This document shows, in pieces, positions 15,148-23,142 of a stretch of 24,408 bases of DNA. Below the pieces are notes generated by a model. That model ran no database searches, was not told the DNA's origin, and saw only the letters and a program-made list of their open reading frames with translations. The stretch is from a virus (lineage: Duplodnaviria; Caudoviricetes), in IMG/VR virus record IMGVR_UViG_3300025888_000028, positions 1-24,408 of that record; one strand, 5' to 3'. The stretch's first letter is position 1, and each line of letters begins with the position of its first letter. Both the position numbers and the translations under genes were made by a program.

Positions 15148-16391
15148 CGGAACATCTCCCAGCGCGAGAGGTAGGTCCCGTCAAGAATCAACCCTGGCGC
15201 CGGGTCGCTGCCGCTGGGCTCGACGAAGACGAACAGGTCGAAGCCCTCGCGCGGCGCCTTGATGCCGTGACCCTGCATGCGCCCGGTCGCGTCGATCTCG
15301 TAGGTCGGTGCGCCGGTCGCCACGTAGGCGTGGTCGTAGAGCCAGCCGAAGCGCACGTAGTGGGTGTCCTCGGCGGGGTCTGAGTACCAGACCAGGCCCC
15401 AGTCGATGGGCACCAGCACCACCCGGTCAACGTACAGGCCGCCCGTGACGGCCTTGCCATACAGGCTCAGCGCCGCCGTGCCGTAGTGCACCCACTCGCC
15501 GAGGTCGTGCCAGGCAAGTACCTCGTTGTTGAGCGCGACATTCGTTGAGGGGTTGCGCGCCGTGCCGTCCTGCTTGCGCTTGGCGAGGTACCCCTCGTAG
15601 CCGGCTCCGCCCCGTGCGCGCGCCCAGACGCGATAGCGACCAGGCCGCGCGGCGGCGGCAGGTACGACGTTGTTGAGCACCGTCCAGGCGGTTGTGTCGG
15701 CGGAGTCGAGCTTTGCCGATAGGCCGCCGTGGCAGTTGGCGTTGCCGTTGTAGCTGTACCACTCGGCGTCGAGGTCGCTGTCCTCGGCCTCGAAGACGTA
15801 GTCGTCGATCGACGTGCCGCCGGTGCAGAGCGCCACGCAGACGAACTGCATGCCGACGCCGGCGCCCGACCATCCGCGGGTGACCGTGAGGCGCAGCCGA
15901 GGGTCGCCCTGGCCCTCAAGCGTGCCGAGAGAGACGAGCGCGGGGGAGGTCACAGACACGGCCTCAAACAGCGCCACAGCCTCGCCATAGCCCCACGGCT
16001 CGCAGACGAGCACGACGTCGCAATAGGCGATGTTCGCCTTCTCGTAGCGCAGGTCGAATGGGGCCGCGAGCGCAGGGCTGCGCCGCACCACGAACGTCAC
16101 CGCATTGGCCGCGTTCTTGGGCTTCACGACGAGCGTGTTGACTTCCTTTCCCAGCTCGGTGCGCAAGGCGTTCTCTTGCGTGATGAGGTCGTCCTTGCTG
16201 GCGCCCCTCAGGCGGATCGTGTAGTGATGCTGGCGCAGCTTGCCAGAGCGCCGCGCGAGCTGCGTGTTGATGTCGGCATAGATGTTCGCGGTCTCCTCGT
16301 CCTCGTAGGTGACCGTGCCGAAGTCGACCTCGTTCCAGAGATGGAGGCCGACAGGGAGGGCGCCGAGGGTTGCCTCGAGGTACTCAGGCAC
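15144..16391 (-). CDS. Distal tail protein (Dit-like) with inserted carbohydrate-binding-like domain
   Basis: Follows the tape measure gene; LVCEPWGYG motif; insert FEAED...PGRYRVWARAR...WHDLG...VDRVVLVP. Confidence 0.7.
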   Translation of the reverse strand: MPEYLEATLGALPVGLHLWNEVDFGTVTYEDEETANIYADINTQLARRSGKLRQHHYTIRLRGASKDDLITQENALRTELGKEVNTLVVKPKNAANAVTFVVRRSPALAAPFDLRYEKANIAYCDVVLVCEPWGYGEAVALFEAVSVTSPALVSLGTLEGQGDPRLRLTVTRGWSGAGVGMQFVCVALCTGGTSIDDYVFEAEDSDLDAEWYSYNGNANCHGGLSAKLDSADTTAWTVLNNVVPAAAARPGRYRVWARARGGAGYEGYLAKRKQDGTARNPSTNVALNNEVLAWHDLGEWVHYGTAALSLYGKAVTGGLYVDRVVLVPIDWGLVWYSDPAEDTHYVRFGWLYDHAYVATGAPTYEIDATGRMQGHGIKAPREGFDLFVFVEPSGSDPAPGLILDGTYLSRWEMFR

Positions 16392-17889
16392 CGGCGAACC
16401 TCCCGCGCTGCAGGCGGTCGACCTGGGGCCCGAGGCTGCGGTTCATGATGTCCGTGAGCTCGCGCAGGCCGGCCTTGCCGCCGACCACGGGGCCGTGGAA
16501 GTGGTTGTGGACGTGGAGCTCGGTGACGCCTGCTCCCTTGCGACCCAGCGGCGTGACCGTGACGCGCTCACCTGCCGGGTTGTCGCCGACCACGATCTGC
16601 TGCGCGCCGCGAGCGATGAAGTCACCGCCAGAGGCAAAGCCGGGAAGCAAGGACGCAGGGCTCTTCATGTACCACGGCGTCTGGTAGGCGTCCTTGATGA
16701 TGCCCGCCTTGTTCGCCTCGTACTGCGCCTGCGTGATGTGGCCGCCCTTGTAAGCGGCCTCGTTTGCAGTCGCGGCGGCGCTCTCGGTGGCCTTCGCCTG
16801 GTTGGTGGCGGTCTGCCAGCTCTGATATGCCTTGATGGCTTCGTAGATGGCGAACCCCGCCGCCGCCGCCGCCAGTCCGACGGCCGTGTACGAGGCCGCG
16901 AGGCCGACGTTGGCTGTGATGATCGCCGGCACCTTGGCCACCCACTTAACAAGCGAGAGCGTTGCCCCGGACGTGGCCAGCCTCGACGCCCGGACGGCGA
17001 CGGCGAAGCCCCTCACCGCGCCAGCCGCGCTCTGGATGACCATTGCTCCCTTGACCACGACGACGAAGGCGGCCAGAGCAGCGGTCGCTGGCACGAGCAC
17101 GGGGGCAAGAGGTCGCACGGCTCTGAGCGCGGCCCCGAACAGCCTCACCATCGGCGTCATCGCCGGCACCACGTCGCGAGCGATGGTGATCTGGATTCCT
17201 GTGAGCGCGATCTGCATCTCGCGCTGTGCCTGCACGGCCTTCTTGTAGTCGGCCAGGTCCTCGTCACTCCAGACCATGCCGGAGTCCTTGAGCGTCTTGT
17301 TCGTCTGCGCCATATCTTTGGCGCTCGTCGAGTACCATGCCGACATGCTGAGGGCTCCGCGGCCGAGCAACTTGACGGCCATGTTCGTGCGGTCGGCGCC
17401 GGAGCCCATCTCGGCGAGCGCGTCGCGCGTCGCGAGGATCGCCTCTGTGTCGCTCATGGACTTGAGCTGATCGACGGAGATGCCGAGACGTTCGAAGACT
17501 GCGGCGGCGGTCTTACTGCCGTTGCGCGCTTCGTCGATCGACTGCGCCAGCTTCTTGATGCCGACGCCGCCGGTCGTCGCCTCGATCCCGTATCGCTGGA
17601 ACTCGCCGGAGAGAATCGAAGCCCCCTCCGTCGTGATGTCGATCTCGCGCTTGAGGGCCGCGATTCCGGCGCCCTGCTTTTCCAGCGTCACCACGCTCTT
17701 GACGATGACGCCGGTGAGCGCGGCGACACCGACGGCGGCGTAGTTCGACGCCTTGTTGAGACCAGCGCCGTACTTGCCGAAGACGCCCTGCGTCTTGTCG
17801 GCAGCGTTCGCGACTTCGCCGAGCGCCTTGACGCCGCCCTTCGAGTCGCCGGTCACCACAAGGCGGATTGCTTCCGTCATGGTGCTCAC
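16384..17889 (-). CDS. Tape measure protein (short, about 500 aa)
   Basis: Ala-rich helical protein; FERLGISVDQLK; hydrophobic segments; FASGG...VGDNPAGERVTVTPL tail; follows the chaperone genes. Confidence 0.9.
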   Translation of the reverse strand: MSTMTEAIRLVVTGDSKGGVKALGEVANAADKTQGVFGKYGAGLNKASNYAAVGVAALTGVIVKSVVTLEKQGAGIAALKREIDITTEGASILSGEFQRYGIEATTGGVGIKKLAQSIDEARNGSKTAAAVFERLGISVDQLKSMSDTEAILATRDALAEMGSGADRTNMAVKLLGRGALSMSAWYSTSAKDMAQTNKTLKDSGMVWSDEDLADYKKAVQAQREMQIALTGIQITIARDVVPAMTPMVRLFGAALRAVRPLAPVLVPATAALAAFVVVVKGAMVIQSAAGAVRGFAVAVRASRLATSGATLSLVKWVAKVPAIITANVGLAASYTAVGLAAAAAGFAIYEAIKAYQSWQTATNQAKATESAAATANEAAYKGGHITQAQYEANKAGIIKDAYQTPWYMKSPASLLPGFASGGDFIARGAQQIVVGDNPAGERVTVTPLGRKGAGVTELHVHNHFHGPVVGGKAGLRELTDIMNRSLGPQVDRLQRGRFAGA

Positions 17890-17890
17890 G

Positions 17891-18235
17891 TCACACCAGA
17901 CCCAGGAGCGTCATCACGGCAGCCTTGTCTTCGTCGCCTATGTCCCGGATGCAGAGCGCGCCGGCCTTGCGCATGAACGTCACTTCGGGCTCGACGAAGC
18001 TGGCGGCGATGAGGAACTCGATGAGCGTCAGTGCCTCGGCCTCTGTGACAGGCTTGGCGGTGTGCTGCCGCGCCATGATGACGACGACCTTCTTTGGGAC
18101 CTTGCCGTCGCGCATGAGGGCGAAGGTGTCGGGGCGCTTGACCTTGGCCACACCGCCGCTCGGCAGCGTCACCGTCTGCGCGACGTTCTTCGGCCACTCG
18201 GCGGCGGGGGTCGGCGTCAGGTTCTCGTCGGTCAT
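17891..18235 (-). CDS. Tail assembly chaperone, gpG-like
   Basis: VTLPSGGVAKVKRPD...AASFVEPEV...DEDK; GGAGG RBS; immediately upstream of the tape measure gene. Confidence 0.75.
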   Translation of the reverse strand: MTDENLTPTPAAEWPKNVAQTVTLPSGGVAKVKRPDTFALMRDGKVPKKVVVIMARQHTAKPVTEAEALTLIEFLIAASFVEPEVTFMRKAGALCIRDIGDEDKAAVMTLLGLV

Positions 18236-18645
18236 GCAGGCGCCTCCTCTGCGACGTCTTCGGCCTGCTGCGCTTCGATGCGCCGCAGCAGTTCGCGCTC
18301 CGCGGGGTCCTGCGCTTCGTAGGCATCCAGACGCAGGTACAGGGTGCGGTCGAGCGCCCACGCGAGAGGCGGGTCGGTGAGGCTGAGTGCGGCGGCGGGA
18401 GAACGGCTCCAGCAGCTGGAGACCATCGCCAAGTGGAGCGCCTCGTCGGTCTCGCAGAACTCCGCCAGCGCCCACTCAGCGATGAAGCGCCGGTCGGACT
18501 CGAGCAGTTCGTCGACCTCGACCTCCTCGTGTGTAAACGAGGCCGCGGCGATCGCCGCAAGGTCCCCGCCCGCCGGCAGCAAAGCCGACAGGTCGGGGAC
18601 CTCGAGCGGGGCGACGGCGCCGCTGGGCAGTCGAATCAGCATCAC
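18232..18645 (-). CDS. Tail assembly chaperone paralog with gpT-like extension
   Basis: IRLPSGAVA...PD..AL...AAASF..EV paralogous to the neighbour, plus RSPAAALSLTDPPLAWALD extension. Confidence 0.65.
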   Translation of the reverse strand: MMLIRLPSGAVAPLEVPDLSALLPAGGDLAAIAAASFTHEEVEVDELLESDRRFIAEWALAEFCETDEALHLAMVSSCWSRSPAAALSLTDPPLAWALDRTLYLRLDAYEAQDPAERELLRRIEAQQAEDVAEEAPA

Positions 18646-19676
18646 GATCCGTAGGTCTCGTAGGTCGGCGTAGCGTTGACCACGGTGATGGTGGCGAGGC
18701 TCGCGGTGGCGAGGTCGACGCGCGCCTCGTAGTCGATCTTCGTCTCGCGCCGGCGCACGTTGGCGATGTCGTCGGGGCTGTTCTTCACGTACTGGCAGCC
18801 GGGCATCTCAATCCAAGCCGCGGCGTTGCGACCCGTCGAGCCGATCTCCTCGCGGTGCGTGAGCTTGACCGTCGCGGCGAACTGATCGCCGTTGACCATC
18901 GAATTCCAGTCGGCGTCGACCATGCTGCGCTTGGTGATGGTGCCCTCCAGCGCCGGGTCGCCGGACTCGTCGTTCTTGAACATGATGGCCGAGGGGTAGT
19001 CGGAGACGGACTCGAAGGCCTGCTCGGCCTCGACGCCCGCGGAGACCTTGAGGTCGAAGTCCTTGGTGCGCGCCGAGTCGGCAAGCCAGTCGAGCGTCAT
19101 GTCGCCGCGGCGGAAAGCGGTGGAGGTGTCGAAGGACGGCGTGATCGTCGGATCTGCGATCTCTGCCGCGTACAGCGGGAGCATCGTCACGTCGAGCAGG
19201 AAGAAGCCGTTGGCGAACGAGAAGGCGATCTGCGTGACCGCGGCGCCGTTCACCTGCCAGTATTTGTCTCCGGCGTCCTTGGCGAGGAGTTGCAGCGTCT
19301 TCGGCTCGGTGGCCGCCCATCCGGCGACGTGCTTCGTGCAGCCCGCGGGCACGGGGTCGCTGTCCGGGTCGGTGACCAGGGCGGCTCCGGGCGTGCTGAC
19401 GATCGTGCCGCCGAAGGCGCCCAGCATGAGCATGAGGTCGCTCGGCCGGCAGGAGAGGCCCTTGATCTCGACCGCGGGCTTGTAGTCCTTGGTGCCCAGA
19501 TGCGGCGCTTTGCCCATCACGCCAATGGTCTTGCCCGCCTCTTCCAGCGGCTCCCAACCGGGATCTACCTTGATGTTGTCGGCGCGCAGGAAGAAGACGT
19601 TGCTCGACACGGGGCTCGTGCCGTTCTCACCGTTCGGCGCCTGCTCCAGCGCCGCTTGGATCCATGCTCCGGCCAT
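18642..19676 (-). CDS. Major tail (tube) protein
   Basis: 344-aa beta-rich protein between terminator and chaperones; ends TITVVNATPTY; AAGGAGG RBS; no sheath gene present. Confidence 0.8.
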   Translation of the reverse strand: MAGAWIQAALEQAPNGENGTSPVSSNVFFLRADNIKVDPGWEPLEEAGKTIGVMGKAPHLGTKDYKPAVEIKGLSCRPSDLMLMLGAFGGTIVSTPGAALVTDPDSDPVPAGCTKHVAGWAATEPKTLQLLAKDAGDKYWQVNGAAVTQIAFSFANGFFLLDVTMLPLYAAEIADPTITPSFDTSTAFRRGDMTLDWLADSARTKDFDLKVSAGVEAEQAFESVSDYPSAIMFKNDESGDPALEGTITKRSMVDADWNSMVNGDQFAATVKLTHREEIGSTGRNAAAWIEMPGCQYVKNSPDDIANVRRRETKIDYEARVDLATASLATITVVNATPTYETYGS

Positions 19677-19677
19677 C

Positions 19678-19887
19678 TCAGGCCTCCTTGTCCTTGGCCT
19701 TCTTGGCCGTCTTGGGGGGCTCTAGGTCGACGACTTCGAGCGGCGTGTTCTTGGTGAGGCGTTGTGCCTCGCTGACGCTGAGGCCGAGGTCCTTCAGGGG
19801 CACCACGACGCCGGGCGCATAGACTCCCGGCACGCCGAGGACCCGCCTCGGCTCGCCCTTGTAGCCCGGCCAGGTGATGCCCTTCAT
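19678..19887 (-). CDS. Small virion-module hypothetical protein
   Basis: GAGG RBS; Lys-rich tail; alternative start at 19908. Confidence 0.65.
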   Translation of the reverse strand: MKGITWPGYKGEPRRVLGVPGVYAPGVVVPLKDLGLSVSEAQRLTKNTPLEVVDLEPPKTAKKAKDKEA

Positions 19888-19904
19888 GGCGGATTCCTCT
19901 CTGG

Positions 19905-20399
19905 TCATGGGGACTCTTGAACGGTCACGGAAAACACGTGTGCGGCGTCACGAATGATGCCGTTGTCGGTGGTCCATACGCGCGCCAGTCCGCCACCGCC
20001 CCACTCGACAGAACCGCAGTCGAGCGACGTCTGGGGGGCGAGGATCTCCTTGGCGGCGCGCATGTAGCGCAGCAGCGCCATGCCCTGGCGCTCGGAGATG
20101 TCGTAGCCGACCATGAAGGCGACCTCGATCGGCTCCGCGACGGTGTACTCGTCGCCGATGTCGGGGCCGCCCTGCGGGTCCTCGACAACGGGGCGCAGGA
20201 CCACGGCAGGGTAGGAAATAGCCTCGAGCATGCTCTGTTCGCTGGGGTCCCACATGAACTTGTAACTAGCCTCAGCCGGAATGAGGAGCTGGATGTCGTC
20301 GTTGAACTCGGAGTTGAGTTCCGCGACTTTGGCGGGGAGGTCAGCCTGCAGCTTGGCCTTCATCTCACGCATCACGCGCTCGGGGCCCTGCATGCTCAC
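19905..20399 (-). CDS. Tail terminator-like protein
   Basis: Acidic, YPAVVL motif; position between neck and tube genes. Confidence 0.6.
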   Translation of the reverse strand: MSMQGPERVMREMKAKLQADLPAKVAELNSEFNDDIQLLIPAEASYKFMWDPSEQSMLEAISYPAVVLRPVVEDPQGGPDIGDEYTVAEPIEVAFMVGYDISERQGMALLRYMRAAKEILAPQTSLDCGSVEWGGGGLARVWTTDNGIIRDAAHVFSVTVQESP

Positions 20400-20977
20400 G
20401 GGGTGCCCCGCAGGTCGACGTGCTGCAGGTTGCCGAAGCCGCCGCCGGAGCGCACGACGCCGGCCAGGGCGCTGCCGCCGATGCCCATGGAGCTGCGCTC
20501 CTCAGCGACGAGCCAGGCGTGCGTGAGCTTCTGGTACTGCGTGCCCCACTTGGCGGGCATGCGCAGGACGGGGCGCACGTAGGAGAAGTAACCGCCGTAA
20601 GACTTGGCCTTCGAGGACTCGCTCATGCCGTAGCTGCCGCTGGTCTTGGTGATCGTCTCGGAGTAGCCGCTGCCGCCGGTCATGCTCGAGCGCAGCGCGC
20701 CGGTGAGCACGCCGACCTTGTGCGAGTGATACTTGAGCGCTTTCCAGGCGGCGTAGGTGGGTTCGTTGCGTGCCCAGGTCGCACCCGAGGCGCGCCCCTC
20801 TGTCTCAAACTGCTCGCCCATCTGTCTCTGGAACAGCTCGCCGAAGGCGCGCAGGGCGTCGCCCCAGTCCTCGATCCCCTTCGTGAAGCGGCTGACGCGG
20901 TACTGAAACTCCTTGAGCGGCGGGTCGGTGCGCAGGTCGAAGGTGACGCCGGAGTTCTGGCGGGTGACGTTGGCCAT
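20396..20977 (-). CDS. Virion morphogenesis / tail completion protein (Mu gpG-like)
   Basis: EQFETEG...W..NEPTY..WK...LTGALRSS...RPVL. Confidence 0.75.
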   Translation of the reverse strand: MANVTRQNSGVTFDLRTDPPLKEFQYRVSRFTKGIEDWGDALRAFGELFQRQMGEQFETEGRASGATWARNEPTYAAWKALKYHSHKVGVLTGALRSSMTGGSGYSETITKTSGSYGMSESSKAKSYGGYFSYVRPVLRMPAKWGTQYQKLTHAWLVAEERSSMGIGGSALAGVVRSGGGFGNLQHVDLRGTP

Positions 20978-21420
20978 CAGAACGGCGCCTCGCTGGTAGG
21001 CTTCCGGGTCATGGTGGCCACGTCGGAGTAGTCGTCGAAGTCGTAGGCGATGCTGGTGCCGGAGCGCACCATGTCGGCCGCGAGCCCGCCCTTGTCGATG
21101 AGGTCGAGGCCGGCCTGGTAGGTCTTCTCGTGAGCGGTAGCGGCGCCGGCGTCCCCTGAGACGCCCGTCGCCGCCGGGAAGAGGCTGCGCAGGATGCGCG
21201 CCGCAGACCCGGACATGCAGGTCGCCCTCAGGGTCGCCAGCGCCTCGTTGTCGGTGATCGGGAGCACGTAGCCCCTGTGCCTGCGCAGGCGGCCGTCGAT
21301 CTCGGCGCTCACCTGCGTGATGAGGACCCCGGCGCCCGCCTGCGTGAGCTGCGTCTCGTCGCCGAGCTCGCCGACCGCGCTGATCAGCGGGTAGACGTCG
21401 TCGAGGGTGCAGTAGTCCAT
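20977..21420 (-). CDS. Head-tail adaptor (Mu gp36/DUF1320-like)
   Basis: YCTLDDV...SAEIDGRL...GYVLPI...YQAGLDLI. Confidence 0.75.
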   Translation of the reverse strand: MDYCTLDDVYPLISAVGELGDETQLTQAGAGVLITQVSAEIDGRLRRHRGYVLPITDNEALATLRATCMSGSAARILRSLFPAATGVSGDAGAATAHEKTYQAGLDLIDKGGLAADMVRSGTSIAYDFDDYSDVATMTRKPTSEAPF

Positions 21421-21425
21421 GGTGC

Positions 21426-21719
21426 CTACTCGCCCCCGTCGTCCTCGCCGTCGGCGTCGCCCTCGAGCAACGCGATCAGCTCGTCCTTGTTCATGCGGAG
21501 GTTGGCCTCGAGGCCCGCCTCGGCGCACATCTCGCGCAGCTTCTTGTTGCTCTTGCGGTGAAGGTCGTTCTCGGCCAGCGCCTCGTACTGCTTGTCGGTG
21601 AGAAGCTCGGCGGAGCCGGCTTCGACCATGGCCTCGTCGACGATCTCCTCTGGCACCTTCTCGCCGACCTCGTAGACCTGCTCGCCGGCGTCGATCTTAT
21701 GCTTCGCGATGTACGGCAT
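21426..21719 (-). CDS. Small acidic head-module protein with C-terminal HeH/Rho-N-like helix pair
   Basis: KSNKKLREMCAEAGLEANLRMNKDELIALL; GAGG RBS. Confidence 0.75.
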   Translation of the reverse strand: MPYIAKHKIDAGEQVYEVGEKVPEEIVDEAMVEAGSAELLTDKQYEALAENDLHRKSNKKLREMCAEAGLEANLRMNKDELIALLEGDADGEDDGGE

Positions 21720-21737
21720 ATCCTCACGTCCCTTGAG

Positions 21738-21774
21738 GCCGGGAGCAGGGCCGGTCACAGGCCCGACTCCCGGC
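21738..21774 (-). terminator. GC-rich stem-loop after the capsid gene (attenuator or mRNA stabiliser)
   Basis: gccgggag-tc-gggcc-loop-ggccc-tg-ctcccggc; no U-tract. Confidence 0.55.
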
Positions 21775-21789
21775 AGTCACGTCATACGG

Positions 21790-22722
21790 TCAGCTGATGA
21801 CCGTGGTGAACAGGTAGCCGGCGGCGGCGCACACCACGAGCTCGTCGGTGTAGTCGTCGACGTAGCGCGCCCAGCTGCGGCGATCGCGGTCCTCCCAGGG
21901 CTGGCTCACCTGGAAGCGACCCACGCCGTCGACGTTCCAGACGACGGTGCGCATCGGGACGATGATCCGGCCGCGGTTCTCGTCAACCGACTTGGGGTAG
22001 TAGGCCCAGAGGGCGCTCTTGCCCCAGAGGTCGACGAAGGTCGTGCCGTTGTAGTAGGTGCCGGGGCCGACGATCACGCGATCGATGCCGAGCACTGCGG
22101 CGACCTGCTCCTGCGTCGGCACGCCGAAGGGGCCGGTGCTGCCGAAGATCGCGTTCTTGATCGCGGTCAGCTGCCGCAGGTACTCCCACACGGTGTCGCT
22201 GATGATGAGGGTGTTGACCTTGTGACCGGTCGCGGGACGCACGGCCGCATTGGCGGTCACGCGGTTGCCCCACGGATCGGAAGCCGTCGAGTCCCAGCGA
22301 GCGGTGCTCGTCAGTGCGCTCGTCTGCGTGAAGACGCTCGCGGAAAAGAGCTTGCTGGCGATGCGGTACTCGGCGTTGATCATGACCTCGTCGACCACGG
22401 CAGCAATGGCGTCCTGCTCCGGGTCGACCATCGGGTCGGCGTTCTTCAGCGACTCGACGTCGGTCAGGGCCTTGGCGCCGTAGCCCTTGCACCCGTAGGT
22501 GCTGGTCGAGTAGCTCCAGTCCACGACCTTGTACTCGTCGCGGGGCGCCCGCTGGATGTCGTGCAGGCGGTTGTTCTTGCCCGCGACCCAGTACAGGCCG
22601 GTCTGCTTGTTGACGTTGAGCACCGGCGCGACGATCGGGCCGATGAACTCCTGCTGGGCCGCGTAGTCGAGGGCGAACCCCGACTCCGCGACGTCGATGT
22701 GAAGATCTTCTGGACGCGGCAT
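21790..22722 (-). CDS. Major capsid protein
   Basis: 310 aa; LHID..S.FAL.Y...FIG..VAP...EYRIA...W....SDP...NTLII...AGYLF; canonical position; GAGGGG RBS. Confidence 0.9.
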   Translation of the reverse strand: MPRPEDLHIDVAESGFALDYAAQQEFIGPIVAPVLNVNKQTGLYWVAGKNNRLHDIQRAPRDEYKVVDWSYSTSTYGCKGYGAKALTDVESLKNADPMVDPEQDAIAAVVDEVMINAEYRIASKLFSASVFTQTSALTSTARWDSTASDPWGNRVTANAAVRPATGHKVNTLIISDTVWEYLRQLTAIKNAIFGSTGPFGVPTQEQVAAVLGIDRVIVGPGTYYNGTTFVDLWGKSALWAYYPKSVDENRGRIIVPMRTVVWNVDGVGRFQVSQPWEDRDRRSWARYVDDYTDELVVCAAAGYLFTTVIS

Positions 22723-22737
22723 CTCAGTTCACCCCTC

Positions 22738-23139
22738 TCAGGCGGGGTTGGTGATGGGGATGGGCAGGACGTCGACGATGATGGTGCCGGTGCCGGAGGC
22801 CTTGGCCTCCATGGCGCGGCCCAGGACGTTGGACTTGAGCGCGGCGGTGGCGGGGATCTTGATGCCGTGGCCGCTGGCGTCCGACACGATGTAGTCGCCG
22901 ATGAGGATCGCCGTGGTGGCGTCGACGTAGACCTCGCACTCGCCGCGCGTCACGACGGACGCCTGGCCGGCATCGGCGGGCTTGTTCTTGAGGACGCCGA
23001 GGCACGGATCGTTGGCGCCTGCTACTGCGGCGGTGCTTGCCGCCGAGAGCTTGACGATGTGGTACTGGATCGCCGTCATGGACCCGGACGCGATGTACGT
23101 CTTACCGGTCTGGCGGCCGGTGGGCAGAATGGTTGTCAC
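22738..23139 (-). CDS. Capsid cement/decoration protein (DUF2190-like)
   Basis: LGVLKNKP..GQASVV..G...IGD.IVSDASG...LGRAMEA; AAGGAGG RBS. Confidence 0.8.
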   Translation of the reverse strand: MTTILPTGRQTGKTYIASGSMTAIQYHIVKLSAASTAAVAGANDPCLGVLKNKPADAGQASVVTRGECEVYVDATTAILIGDYIVSDASGHGIKIPATAALKSNVLGRAMEAKASGTGTIIVDVLPIPITNPA

Positions 23140-23142
23140 TGG

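Noticed and set aside
16309-17976. 555-aa plus-strand ORF and the many other overlapping ORFs in the track
   Set aside because: Shadows caused by stop-codon scarcity at high GC; they overlap well-supported minus-strand genes.
18092-18098. In-phase C CCA AAG slippery-like heptamer in the gpG-like gene, with an open -1 frame to 17886
   Set aside because: It lies mid-domain rather than near the 3' end, and the -1 product is Arg/His-rich off-frame sequence typical of high-GC DNA. Not formally excluded.
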